Below are positions 38,754 to 52,009 of a stretch of 64,000 nucleotides of DNA, in pieces. Where the stretch lies: the NCBI GenBank assembly GCA_002633005.1, contig NMRA01000107.1:897426-961425 (forward strand). Reading direction: 5' to 3'. The notes below the pieces were generated by a model. The model was not told the origin of the DNA. It saw only the letters and a program-made list of their open reading frames with translations, and did no database searches. The stretch is from Phoronis australis (Eukaryota; Animalia; Phoronida). Positions within the stretch are counted from its first letter, which is position 1, and every line of letters begins with the position of its first letter. The position numbers and the translations under genes are program-made.

Positions 38754-41700
38754 ACAACTTTTGATTTAGACAACTTACCATCATGAAATAGGTATTAGTT
38801 CCTGGCAACTTTAAGCAATTTCAGAATTCCGAAAGAACTGGCAATATGCAATTGCTAGAGACCAGGCTCTATAAGATGGCTTGTCTAATAGTGTGTGATT
38901 TTATGCACACAGCATGGTCTAGAGGAATAACAAACTGTCAATTCACTACAATTCCAGAAACCACAACCCATCTGGTTAAGGAACAAATTGAGAAAACTTG
39001 GTAGAGGTACAGTAAATGGTCTTAATCAAAATCTACCTCCTAGACGGAATGTGTGTTTACAACCCAGGCAGAAAGATAAGTGAACAAAACCAGCCTTCAA
39101 CAGGGGCTCACATGTCAGTAATAAATACTCATTTACAAATAAAAATCTAATGGAAAACAAAATGCGGAAACATAAATTCAGATCAATTTTACAATTTGAA
39201 GGAAAAGAAACAATACAGTGACCAGAAATCATGAAACCGGAAACGTCTAAATGTGATGGCCACACTGAGAAATCCTGTCAGAACAAAAAAATTCAGTGGC
39301 TAAACAAAAAGAATAATGTACCCATTACCATGTGGCTGTACCAACTTAATCCACTGGCCCAGGGTCATGATCGGTGGCTGGACAAAAATTCAATACAGGT
39401 AAATTTAGATTTGTGCTGTTCACACAGCAGTTCTAGTGCAAACAATGCTTGCAACAATACACATGCCTACTTTCCTAGACAGCTGTGCTGACATAATAAT
39501 GCCACCACTAGATTTAGAAGATCAGACGGAGTATTTAAAGGTCCAGCCATTGTACTGTTTCCTCCCTTTGAATTTTTACAATGCTACATCCTCGACAATC
39601 TTAAAGCACTTCCTCTGTCATATCCCCTACATCCAACTGTCCCAGTGGCCTATCTCCTACTTTGGACCGGTTGTGGTATAAGCCAGTAATCTTTGGCCAT
39701 TACTTTTTCCCCGACTTGTTCCTCAAGTTACAAATTCTCTTTGACACATCATCTGGGAGTAGACTTTTCGGCCTCTCACTTAGTTGTCCAGAAAGGTACC
39801 TTCTTGCTGGTTTTGAGAATTTCTATACCCAACCTTTAGTAACAGTTGGCAAGTCTTTAACTTCAGCAGAAGCTACTTCTTCAGCATAAGCCTTTCTTGA
39901 TTCCTAAAATTGTATTAATGAAAAAATTAAACATATTAGATTTAATTCCATTTTGGCTCAAAAAATGTATACTAAAGTGAAGGCTTCAAAAATATGTCAC
40001 TCAGTTTTGATTATAAAAACTTACAAATTAAATTTCTATGCACCTGGCAGTAGGACAAAGGTTTAAAACAGAAGTATGGCACATTACGTGCAGAAAATAT
40101 TGAGACCGATTTAAATGTGTCAGCCTTCATTGTGAAATGCATGATTTGTGCATTATATTTCTCTTCCTAACATTGAAACATAAAACAATTGACCGATTTT
40201 AGGCAATTACGAAATTTGTTACAGGTTTTACTGTTACTGTAGTATCCATAGGGGTTAAATCTAACTCGCTTTCTTTTGACCCACTCCGAAATTTCATTAA
40301 GTCATCCTGTTTTGTCTGGGAGCTTCTGCATATAACTGAAAATTCTTAGTTATATTCATCACCTGTATAGGAACATCTTTTGTTACATGTTCACAGTCAT
40401 AGGCTATAGGGATCAAACAAATGAAAACAACAGAGCCTTAATAGAGGTGGTTAATCAAGTGTCCTTGGGTAGCACCCACTGTATACTATGTATTTGCTAA
40501 GCAATGTCCAGTAAGACCATCTAAAATCCCCAATGCAACAGTACAATCGCAGACATTCAATAGCGGACATGGCATAATCTCTAGTCACTATGTCATGGGC
40601 AGAAGTCATGTCAAATGTTTTATAAACGCATTTTGTGGTTGTTATGAAAAGTTATGATAACTACCTATTTTCTATGCCAATGGAAACATACGCTGCATAT
40701 ACTTCAAGCAATTTGAAATAAGGCCCAAGTTATAAGCAATCACAGTGCGTCAATAAAAGTATGTTTGCATAAATGACGTGCTCCTAAAAATATTCCTCAG
40801 AGTCTGACCCTGGAGTTTGATGATTCCTACCTGAGCTCACACGAAGCAGGACGTTGAACCTTGACTTTACGTCTTTGAGTATTTTTCAGACCTTTGTTGG
40901 ATTTCCCCCTCTTGTGTGTAGTGGATGTACTCAGTGTCTTTGGTGACGCCAATATATATCGAGGGTTGTAGCGATGATTCGGGAAATTGAATCTACGACG
41001 GTAGAAATTTAGCTCCTGCTGCAGGCACCTGCCTCCGAGGCAAACAGACTACTTCTCAGGAGGACACGGTCAACCTTCTTCCCATCCCCTCACTTTTAAG
41101 ATTCTCAAATGTCTCGCTATATTCCTTGTGCATTTCCCAAGAATTTTCAAAGTTGATTCTCTCGGCAATTTGTAAAAACACCACATTTGATGCGACTGGC
41201 AGTGCCAAATAAATAGATAAATTCTCGAACCTGCACTTTAGATCAGCCATCATTCAACTACTGCATAGTGTATTCTTTAGTTTGGTATTCAATGAGTTGG
41301 ACACCTATTACCAAGCCTCCCTAAAGGGCTGACAAAGTTTTTTTGCATGAATTTCAAGGGCATGGAGTCTTCTACATGCCCATGTTATTTTTTAGTTTTC
41401 TCGTTGGGTCAGCTTCGCTATAAGGCTATAACTGAGTACCCCCATGAAAAGCAGTGTGAATTGATGGGGCTAACCTCATTGTAAATATTACATTACTACT
41501 ACTACTAATAATAATAATGATAATAATAATAACTTACTGCTGGCTTTTCTCAAGCATGAAATGTACCTCCACGGAAACAGTTCCAGAGTTACCATAGTAA
41601 CCGATATTTTAGTGTCGGTGCCATTTTTGCTTGCATTGTTCTTAAACCTATCATGTGATTTCAAAATTATTCAGAAAAAAATCTGTTTGAAGCAGAAACT

Positions 41701-43300
41701 GCAGCAGAAAATGTAGTCAAAATGACTCATTCCACATCAAGAAATTGCCTCATTTTGCCCCCAGAAGACTTTCCTAGTATCTCCTAAACCACCAAACTCT
41801 GTGGTGTCATACTTCACCCAATTTCTCTAATCTCTAATGTGATTTCATGTCGTGTCTAAAGATATGCGTGACTTTTCACCGCTCGTCCTTCTCAGCAGCT
41901 TTTACCAGGATCAAAGAGAGCGCGGCGCCAAAGTCGGACTCAGTTGCGATAACCGCATTGTCCGGTTCCAGCAAGACACAATTAAGTGTAGTTACCCGGT
42001 CATAAACTGTAGTAAACTTCTCTGCCTGTTTGTACTGCCGAATTTTCAAAATGCATTAACCAACAGTTTTTGTTAAAACAAATACCACTGCGGTATCCAG
42101 ATGGAAAAAACAACCAAGTTTGGTTTTCGATTTTTGAAAATCGATGAACTATTAAAGCTAAAAACTACAAACATTGGGTACGATTGAAGATAACGGACTG
42201 TGCGTATTGATATAGTGGGTGGATTTACAAATGCTGATCAGAGTTAACAATATCACGTAGATTGTTCTTTAATAAGCAACTAAGCTACATTGAAGTATCT
42301 ACAAACAACACACAGTGACTAAAGTAGATGTCAATGACTTTTAAAACATCGCTTAAGGTCCAGGGCATATGCTGAACTACTTTACTCGAGGAGTAGTACA
42401 CTAACCTGATCACTGATATTCGCGGAAACAGATGCGCCAGTTTCGATAGTTAGATTGTAGTTGTAATGGAACACGTGTGAAGACAAGAAGATGGATAGCT
42501 TTGTAGTCAACGAGAGAGTGCATTGGATGAGGTTGGTCGGTGGGCAGGAGCTGTTAATTCATTTTTTAAGGCAAAGGGAAAGGCCAAAATAGTTATGTAG
42601 TGATTGCAACCAAAATTGTCCAGAGGTTTCAAATCTTCCCTATATTTGCACTTTTGTATATATTTTATGATTTCAGTTCTAATAAATATTGAACTTGAAG
42701 TAATGGCAGGTGTAATTTTGTTGTTTGTAATTTTGACATGTTTGGTGTAGCTGTAATCTGGAAAAGTCAGGGATGGGTTTAAAATTAACTGACTTCTAAG
42801 TTATTTTGATACTTCGATTAAAAACAAAATAACCGGTAAGAAAAAAGGAGACAGGAGATTTGAATATAAAATAATGAAAACAGGTGTGAAACATATTTAA
42901 AACCAACTTTCCGTTGGGAAGCGGTCGTTTTTCAAGATCAACGCAAATTAAGGTTTTATTTTTTGTAATATTTAAAATTTACCAACTTAAAACTACTCTC
43001 CACATTACTGGTTTTAACTCTGTGCAAATGCCAGTGAAAACCAATTTAGGTGTACTAACAACCACCACTGTTAAGAAATTAGTGCTTCCTATTACCTTAC
43101 ACTTCATTAGCCTAGATCTATATCAGTACAAAGGGCGTGCTGAATACCCGTCCTAAAAGTTGTCTGGGGCTTAGGGAATCAGAGCGGTGACCAGTGTAAG
43201 CCAGAAATTCTCCACAGGTATAAGGCTAAACATGGTATTGAATGGCTGACCCCCACCCACTTGCCACTTGTTGGCTGTACTGCGGTCGGTGGATCAGTGG
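38754..43300 (-). mobile_element. Sola3-like relic, copy 2, interrupted by insertions (~39980-40545 and 41846-43218)
   Basis: Colinear with 1-2880 (e.g. 38754 acaacttttgatttagaca = position 1). The sequence at 2785-2880 resumes at 43220 after the nested insertion. The element may extend further left of 38754. Confidence 0.6.
41846..43218. mobile_element. Copy of the unclassified repeat nested inside the Sola3-like relic
   Basis: Empty site seen at 2785 (aatgtgattt-atcagactaaacatgg) vs filled site aatgtgattt[...]ataaggctaaacatgg. Confidence 0.75.
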
Positions 43301-43730
43301 ACAAACAACTTATCAAAAACTCATAGAAAACTATCCAAAATTTATTCAGAATAAAATACAGTTTCCTTTTAATATCATTCCTCTGATTTAAGTCCACTTC
43401 AAAAATTTGTGAAAAAGTTGTCAATGACTGTCCTTTAACTCTAATTGAGGTGAGGATTGGTTTGTTTAAAGTGTGCTTTCTTGTGTTGAAAAAACGAATT
43501 TCCTGAATAGTCCGACACATGTATAATAACGAAAACACGTTCGAGGATGATTTTTAAAAACGTGAAAGTTTTTACTGCACTCATGAATGGTAGTTGTATG
43601 CCCCACCCCTGCACACTGTGAAAAATTCCCTTTGGATACTATTTCGTATGCTTATGGCAAATTGTGTATTTGAATTTTCCGTAACAAAAATAACCAGCAT
43701 TTGCGTAGCGTGCCAAGTAATCATACGCAC

Positions 43731-43914
43731 CTGCAAGTAGTGCCCGCATATTCTACCAGGATCACACGTGTCTGTAGTATAGTTGTACTGAGTCTTCTCT
43801 TGCCACCAACCGTTAACTTCTGCTGCAAAGTCGATCTTGCGTCCTCTGTCCACATAGCGTAAGTAGTTCTGTCCACTCGGTCTCGATGACAAGTACGACA
43901 CTCCCGGGCAGTAA
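43731..43914 (-). CDS. CAP gene exon 3 (YYCPGVSYLSSRPSGQNY...VNGWWQEKTQYNYTTDTCDPGRICGHYLQ)
   Basis: Acceptor tttctgtccag|T, donor CAG|GTGCGT; 184 nt, phase 2->0; contains GQN, W..E..Y.Y....C.....CGHY.Q, the first half of the CRISP signature 1. Confidence 0.93.
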
Positions 43915-45128
43915 CTGGACAGAAATATTTTCGTTTATTAGGAGAGAGTGATGCATAGTCCACCGATTTCTTCACTTCTCTTCGATTAAGAATTCGCTCA
44001 TTAGGAACTCATAACACAGACATTTATCTTGAGGTCCTATTAAAACATCAATAATTTTAACTTAGCTTTCAAAAATTAGACCCAGGGCCCGGAAATTCAA
44101 GAATGTGTTAATAAAAATTCTCGTTATGTTGAAAAAATGTTGCTACTTGAGAGCAGGCTGCAATTAAACTAATTTGAGCTAAACTTGATCTTATGGAGAA
44201 TTTTTTTGAAAATGAATCAAAAAGTGTATCTTTAAATGGTTGCGAGCTTTAAGGTTACATTTACCTGTACAGTGATTTTGGTGTGAGATAATCTGATACA
44301 TTTTATGTAACAGACGTTTGGAAATATTGTATATAAAACCAAATTCAATTTGACAAACATATTGGCATACAGACTGGACGGGTCTCCGGTGTACACATGC
44401 TCCTGGCAATGGGTGTGATCGTGTGTAAGTCAACATTCAAGCTAAAGATAACTGAAGGAGAACCTTAAGGCTAATTATAATGATAACGAAAACTTTCGAA
44501 AGGCTCAAAATATGGCACCAGTTCACTTTAACTATATTAACAGTGCAATTTTGATGCTTTTTAGCCTATTTTACTCCTGTTTTTGTAAAGTGACCAATCG
44601 AAAGTGCATGTGGCCACGTTGAATCTTTTCGTGGAAAGTGATTGGAGGTTTAATAGTACATGACTAAATATTTGTCCGAGTTAAGACATTAATTTGTGCT
44701 GCCAAGACAGATGGTGAAATTTTGAAAAAATAATACCATGAACACAATGTCGACCTTAGGTTCTCGATTGTGCAGGTAACTTGCAATAAAATTAAGCCAA
44801 CTTTGGTCACATTTCGGTGAATTAACTACGCCTCAGCCGCATGTTACCGATTTCATAGATTTTGTAAGTTTTTTCAAGTTAAGCAAACATTTGCGGATTG
44901 GCAAAGTCGGCATATCATTATTTGTTTCAACGATTATGTAATAAATTGGCCTCAATATCTGTTGACAAATTGACAACCGGGTTTCAGATCACAGTCTGGG
45001 ATAAAACGGTGAAACTACCAAGAAACGGTCCTTATTACGCTTCTATTGTGACATTCGAGATCAGTCTTGGCGAAATGCAATTAGCGGTTAATCGTCATGG
45101 AATCAAAAAACAGCATAGGACTACTTAC

Positions 45129-45205
45129 TATTGGTAATAGCTGTGTCTTAGTTCACACAAGTTCGCCGTCAATTGTGCGCGACCTGCTAACATGTCGTCC
45201 CATTC
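45129..45205 (-). CDS. CAP gene exon 2 (EWDDMLAGRAQLTANLCELRHSYYQ)
   Basis: Acceptor ttctttgtag|GAA, donor TA|GTAAGT; 77 nt, phase 0->2; matches the CAP W.D.LA..AQ..A..C...H motif. Not present in the ORF track. Confidence 0.93.
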
Positions 45206-45959
45206 CTACAAAGAACAAAGAGTTGACACCACAAGTTGCAGGGCTCAAACTGCGCCGTAAAATTTCGTAACAAAGTGAATTGATTTTGGAAAATTCAGTA
45301 GCAATATAAAATAAACCCTTCTGTGAAACCTACATGTACCACACGCATATAACGTTTCTTTTTAAGATGCACTTCGTCCTGTTTTTCGGGCTAAAACGAA
45401 TATTTAACTGCGTTTTTACTTTTAAAAATTGGTCTGACAATATTCCTTACCGCAATAGGATTCAATTTTGATTACCAACTAGAATGTCGAAGCTATCAGC
45501 GGCTCACGAAAACGCTTCCGAGTTAATTTGGTTGCTCAACACTAAATTTGAAATTCGAAAATGGCGCCAGTGGAGGACTTAGGGGGAGCAAGGGGTTCAT
45601 GCCCCCCTAAATTACCATTTGGCAGTTCGGGGTGCGAATGTCTGACTAGCATATGCTTGCACCCAGGGGGACTCGGGGGGCGAATGCATAGGCCTTGAAC
45701 AAACCCGTTTACATTTTTTTAGTACATGTAATAGGGTCCACAAACCCAACATTTCGAGACCTTTGCATCCCTACATTTTAGGCTGGCCCGCATATGGCAA
45801 AGTTCTGGTGGCCTGGCGCCCCCAACTCAAAATCGTGGATCCGCACATGGGCGCTTGTAAGCATTACATGTACCTGTATCTTCAGTTGCAGTCCCATTAG
45901 GCAATAATTCCAGATGGGATGAGCCTGGTAACGTTTTTATAAACCAAAGTAGAGTTGCA

Positions 45960-46095
45960 CTATCTCATACTTGAATTCTATTGTTGCTTCCTATGGTATA
46001 CTCGATGAGTTAGTCATTGACAGTGACTCACAATGTGCTAAATCCAAGCTTAAACCGCTTACTTCGGAGTGTGGGTTTACTATTTGCATGAATTC
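45960..46095 (+). mobile_element. Gypsy-type LTR retrotransposon integrase fragment
   Basis: LNSIVASYGILDELVIDSDSQCAKSKLKPLTSECGF matches the integrase core consensus LKSIFARHGIPEELVSDNGPQF.S.EF..F...YGF. Confidence 0.55.
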
Positions 46096-47109
46096 CGTGT
46101 GTGGGCATCAATACGCATGCTTGCTCGGAAGTTTATCGATCACATTGTCACCACGTGCACACGCCTTCTACGCAGTGTACTTGTTGGGGCTTAGCCACGG
46201 AATTGGGGTTCTCTTGATTTTGTTTACTTCGATCACTGCCGTTGTAACAAATTACAATTATTCAAATCAAAGGTGGTTGCCATGCTACATGTACCTAACA
46301 GTAAATTGAAAGGGGTTTCCCATATTTCAACCAATGGGAATGGCTGAATGTTATGACGTCGTTTTCATTACTTTGACCAATGAGAACCCATGATAAACAA
46401 CATCCACAGAGCTACGAAAACATCTCACATTGCTATTTTAAAGTTGGTGAGCAAATTGACTCCCATCATTATCCGTTAGAACTGGCTTTAATCTGGGTGA
46501 AGTGTTTCATAACCTCGAAGATAACAATACATGGGAAACTTACGACGTTAATAGAAAAATAAATATAGTCATAACCTGTCAATATGAAAATAAAAACAAG
46601 TATTTTGAAAGCTTACAGTTGACTGAAGGTAACGGGTGTCTGGAAAATGATGTATCATGTCTTCAAATAACATGTTTTGTTGATTAGGCATTACATAGTA
46701 AATATAATTTGGTGGCAAATTCAGTCACAAGCTCAGGTATGACAAAATCTAAACCATGGAAATATAGATCAAAACCAGTGACATGGTTTGACAGAGGGTG
46801 CTATGATCAAAATTACAGTACTGGCGCGCAGTTATATAAAGAAATACAAGGGGCATGAATCCCGTGAAAATTTAGGTAGATATAGCGACTGTAACAGGAC
46901 ATATAAAAAGCAAACCAAACGAAAGCAAAAAAATATTCAGAGAAAGACTAACCAAACCATTGTGAGCGAGAACGAAAAACAGTTTTGGAACTGTTGAAAG
47001 TCAAGACAAGTCGTCAATGTTTAACCATAAACAGTGGCTGGATAGTTTTATAATATATATACACCTCAGATTGGAGAATACGATGCCTTCGTATAGTTCC
47101 ATGCATGTG

Positions 47110-47760
47110 TTAAACAACATAAGCAACATCCAGCAGAATGCAAACAAAACTCTACACTTTTTTTGGCAAAACCTGCGTATAAGCCGTCAACGATGTAAGG
47201 AATTTGCTTAAAAACAATGGTTCGACCCACCTTGGAATACGCCTCTACTGTTTGAAACCCATATAACCAAAAAGACATTACTGCTGTAGAGAAAGTACAG
47301 AGGAGAGCTACTCAAATGAAATGGTTCAATCGCCCACCCTCTGTTGGGTCAATTTGAGAAGCCTTAAACTGGACCACTCTCACCCACAGACGCAAAATCT
47401 GAGGTTGATCATCAACTCTGGTGTTTCCCCTGTCGCATATTCTGCTCTCTCTGGCATCCGTCCCAGAAGGAAGGCCATTCAGTTACAAGATTACAATAAA
47501 AAGGACTGTCAGGTTACCGGACGAAGACATTCTTTCCTAGAACAGTAGCGGGCTGGAATAGCTTGCTGGGCTACATTACATCGGTCACTTCTCTTGATGT
47601 CTTTGTCAGCAAGTTATCTGCTTTCCTGAAGTAGCATAGTCGGGTGCCTCCAAGGCACCAGCTTACTGTCTGCCCGATCTGTAAATGACCTAGCTATGCT
47701 AACCGATCTCTGTAGTGGCGTCCACTATATTTTATGAGTCGGATGAAACCCTACATAATA
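47110..47760 (+). mobile_element. Degenerate CR1-type LINE 3' fragment
   Basis: NISNIQQNANKTLHFF.QNLRIS..CKEFA*KTMVRPTLEYASTV*NPYNQKDITAVEKVQRRAT, then SF.RTV.GWNSL; typical CR1 ORF2 C-terminus. Confidence 0.75.
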
Positions 47761-50700
47761 TAGAGGATCAGACAGCGTTTAATTGTATTATTATTGTCGA
47801 TGAAGTAGTGTATAAATGGTATGAAATTAGGTAAAGCAGCAGCTGAAGATGACGGTATTTTGTCGCAATTTTTCTAAGTTCGCAACATTTACATTTCAAG
47901 AATCTCTCGTTCGTAATAAATTTTTATACAGGGAAATACCAGTCTGAACGGAATACAGGTATTTTAGTCCGATTTGGTTCTCGTTGCAGAAACTACTATT
48001 ATATTATGCAAAGATTAATTATCAAACTAGAACAATATTGCAATAAATTGAAGCTTCGTGTGAATACATCAAAAAACAAAAATTATAGTCTTCCGTACAA
48101 GGGGGATTTTTAAGAAATTACATGAAATAATGGAACAAAATAAGCGTTGCTTCGCTTTGAACACGATTCTTATTTACGTGTGGTTCTGGAATTGTTTGGA
48201 CACAACAAGGCGTAGGAGATACTGCCTCATTTATAATGTGAATTTCAGCAACGATGCTGTGACTTATATATTTCGCATTGGAAAAAACTTATATCTTCTC
48301 AATCGTTAGATGTTTATGAAATTGAAAAAATCGATTTTGGTATTGAAAAATACTTAACATGTCGAGGAAACAAGATTTAGAAGTTCGGATCATTCTTTAA
48401 TGATAGTTAAGGGAAGATTTATTGGTCTTGATAGAGGGAAGAGAACATGTCCCTGTTGTAATAGTGTTCCATTAAACATGAACAAGAACAACTGAACAAC
48501 AAATACTTAGGCTTAAGCCCACAAAAGTGAGGCGAGTGCAAACAGTCACCCAGCATCTCGGTTGCACTACATCACAACCGGACACTGGAGCGCCGAGAAA
48601 ATGTCAACATTTTATCACAACGAGGCTACCATTATCGACCCATTTCCAACAAATAGAAACACGGAAGTAAGCCATTACCTGACCGCTGTACAAAACACAA
48701 TTCTGTTGCCTCGCTCTGGTAAAAAGTAACCAAGACAATGCGCTAAAAACATAATGCAGGTGGTCTGTTACAAGATTCATCAGACGTGCGCCGCAGGCCG
48801 CTCAGCCAGACATGTATAGCAATACAATACGTTTTGAAGTTGGCTACTGGTTTGCCAGTTGCAACAAATATCAGAACTCGTATAAATTTTGACGTTTGTG
48901 AATTGTCAATTAAATGTGCATTTTATGTACATCTTGTTTAATTATTTGGTTTTAAATTCATTTTTACTGCCACTTGCTTTATACCAATTGGATGAAAATG
49001 TGATAGTTATACCATATTACCTCGAATACAAGGCCATGAACTCATAGCATGGGTCATTTCTTTTTCAAGTACTCTGTATAAACGCATTATTTGGCCTATG
49101 ATGCCATCATCAAGCGTGGGTCCACAAGAACATCGTTTGTCAATGATGGATTACGATCATGCTTTTGGGGCGACGGTAAAGGAAAATGACCGTGCAGAAA
49201 TGGAGATTTTTGAGGAGGACGCGAGGGCAGAAGTTGAAACTATTGAGGGTTTTAAAACGAGGAAAATTTTCAGAGATCTATTACACGTCCGATTGCTGGG
49301 AGTTTTGCAGAAAAATAGGAATAACGTTGCCCGTCAGATGGGTGTTTCCAGAAGAAATGAAAGGCGACACTTACAAATGCTAAAATACAAGCTTGGGTTC
49401 AACTGTGAACAAACAGGAGAAAAAACATGAGAGCGTGGAAAAGAACGAAGAGATGGAAAGACTTTTGATAGACTGAGGGTCTGGGAAATAAAGAAACAAT
49501 CACCAGAAAATTAGTGCCAACGCACTTAACGAAAAGTTACAAGCGAAGAGATGGGTATCAATGTACCATTCAGAAATGCGTAACTTCGACTTTGAAGGAA
49601 TTTAAACTTCCTTGACTGTATTTGAATCATACTGTATTTTCTAAAGTGACATGCGCCAAAAATGTGCTATCGTATGTGCAGGTCATATAATTTGCAAAGA
49701 TCTTTAAACTTGCCTTTCATTTTCAAGGTATCGCCGTTAGGACAAGACAAGAATCTGCTCATTTTTTTTCTTTTACAACATGCCTAAAAGCAGCAGTTCA
49801 AACACTCACTTAAAGAAACTCTTCTCGTTTAACCCCACTCCAATTATTTGCCAAGCTTTAGTGATCACAACATGGTTGTTGCTGACCTTTGATTTTTGGG
49901 GGTGAACCGCCGAAGTCAGTGGCAACAGGAACATGCATTACGGGTACCCACTCAACTCGCCGTATGTAACGAGTTTTCCACAGAAAACACACCACTACTC
50001 AAAAGATATTGTTTCCTCTGCATCAATTTCAATTTTCAGTCAAATTATATCACAAAGACAAATATTCGGTATCTTTCAGCTGTGCTTGCCTTATTTTCCT
50101 ACTAATCTTTTTCAAGTGGGTGTGATATCCAGAAAACTTCATTACCAATGGCAAAGTAAGCTGACATTCACTACGACGGACATCTTAGGTGGTGCACTAC
50201 CAACAATAACATTAAACTATAAAATAACATTAACTTTAGTTAAGCTCAAAAGTATTTGGACTTGTGATAAACGAGCATCATTCAGGCTTAAGATACGAAC
50301 GAACTAACTTAAGTTAAATTCCGTTGAATGAGGTTCGGTACTAAAATGAAGCGGAATATTTCAAAAAAATGTAAACAAAGGCAATTAGAATCACTGCAGA
50401 AAGATACGAAATATTCACATATGGTGGTTCTTTTCGATTGGCGAAATTCATTAGCCTGCAAATTAGTGAATGGAAACTAAAAGTATCTTGAGGAGACAGC
50501 ATCGTTTCATGGTGTGAAATATCTACTTAGAAGGCGGTTGTATGTAATCGTTTTTGACTGCGCGTGAAGCTGAAGTCCGTGGATGTTGGATTTATACTTC
50601 TCATTCTTTATCGTAAAACATCGTCCGCGTCTCTCATAATGCCTGTTGAATAGTTGTGCTACCATTTAATGTTATCTGAGACTTTTTCGACAAGACTGTG

Positions 50701-51070
50701 CATTCAGTCTAATACAGAACTAATACAGAACTATTAATTTTAAACTAGGGAAAGTAAAAAAATACAGAATTTGATTTTTGACTTCATACGAAACTGTCAT
50801 ATTTTGGGGTAAAATTTAGCAAAACAGAAAACATTCACAGCAAAACAACGACATCAGAAGCATACATGTAGCTCATAAGTTGATTCAAGACTAAATCTCA
50901 AAAACGTTGATGTAGTTTTACAGCACAGTATTATCTAAAAGTTTCATTGGAATCCAATCAGCCGTTTCTGAGATGATTTTCAGTAGCCAAGTTTTGCTAC
51001 TTTTCTAAGATCATGCATGCCCTTTTCAGCTAAATTTTTCTGTAGCAAATCAAAATTAAGACATACTTAC

Positions 51071-51286
51071 AATTTTTTTGAACTTCACCTTATCTGTTTC
51101 TAGGGTTTGCCGCAATTGGTTGTGAGCATCAACGATTTGTTGTTTTTCTTGATCAGACAACGTTACCGGCTCGGTCTTTTTGCAATTGTCAATTGTGTCG
51201 TCTGTGGCCCTCGAAGCCCATACCGCGCTCGCCAGAACGGCAGGAAAACACAACGCAAGAATAGATATCACAGCAACAACTTTCAT
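51071..51286 (-). CDS. CAP gene exon 1: signal peptide and CAP N-terminus (MKVVAVISILALCFPAVLA...EKQQIVDAHNQLRQTLETDKVKFKKI)
   Basis: ATG at 51286 in an AAAATG context; hydrophobic signal peptide; L..EKQ.IVDAHN.LR is the classic CAP helix 1; donor ATT|GTAAGT at 51070, phase 0. Confidence 0.93.
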
Positions 51287-51377
51287 TTTTGACCGATAGC
51301 AATGCCTCGCTAAACACTGTGAAGTCACTCAAAGGAGTAATAAACAGCTCTGTATTTCGGTTGTTACACTTTGTTAC

Positions 51378-51498
51378 ATACTAGTAGGGGAAGACGCACT
51401 GGTTTATATACACCAAGCCTTTGGCCCCGACCGTTTATTTTCACCAGCCTGGAGTGTCCACCTAGCCAATGGACTTCGGCAAGTAGCATTTCGTCACG
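51378..51498 (-). promoter_or_regulatory. Core promoter of the CAP gene: TATA box, CCAAT box, CRE half-site
   Basis: TATATAAA on the minus strand at 51410-51403, about 120 bp upstream of the ATG; CCAAT (AGCCAAT, + strand) at 51466-51470; TGACG (minus) near 51492-51496. Predicted TSS about 51380. Confidence 0.65.
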
Positions 51499-52009
51499 AG
51501 ACCAACAGGGATTTGCAAGAAATTTGAACTTACTGTTGCACGGAACATGTATACAATTTTTTATCTAAAATATAAGGAGCTGAGATTCATGAGGCAACTC
51601 TTATGCTAACATTTGAAGTTCTCTTACTCCAACTCCTAAGCGATTCTGAGCCAGACTGTGACTAACCCGTACTAATCAATTCACAAATTAATACTTGTGG
51701 CAGTACGAGATTGTGTAAAAATCAGCTAATTTCTCCTATAAAGTTTTAATTTTAAAAATTCCAAGGGACTACTATTTAAATTCCAATTTTAAAAACAGTA
51801 ATGATGGTCGTTTGCTTTACTTATTGTTCATTTTTGGTTGAAACTGATTTGGCTAATGTTGGTAGTAGCCAATAAGATATATATAACTCATTGGTAGTAG
51901 CTAGCTCCAATCGTCTGCTTGCACGGCATCACAGGCCATATCCAGGGTTTACATTCCTCTGCCAAAACAAGGTTTTAAAGCATACTGAAGTCACGTGGTG
52001 TACATTGTG

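Larger units (their letters stand above)
10279..51286 (-). other. Multi-exon gene: secreted CAP/SCP (CRISP-like) protein with signal peptide, CAP, EGF-like and ShKT-like domains (~311 aa)
   Basis: Exons 51286-51071, 45205-45129, 43914-43731, 30286-30129 (or 25601-25444), 23502-23468 (uncertain), 16776-16660 (or 15317-15201), 11888-11783 (or 11181-11076) and 10321-10279. All introns are GT-AG and phases match (0,2,0,2,1,1,2); total 936 nt = 312 codons including stop. CAP motifs DAHNQLR, WDDMLAGRAQ..A..C, GHYLQMAW..T.KVGCG and FVCNYYPS.G appear in the correct order. Confidence 0.9.

Noticed and set aside
49098-49430. 110-aa ORF in intron 1
   Set aside because: No recognisable motif or splice context; antisense to the host gene.
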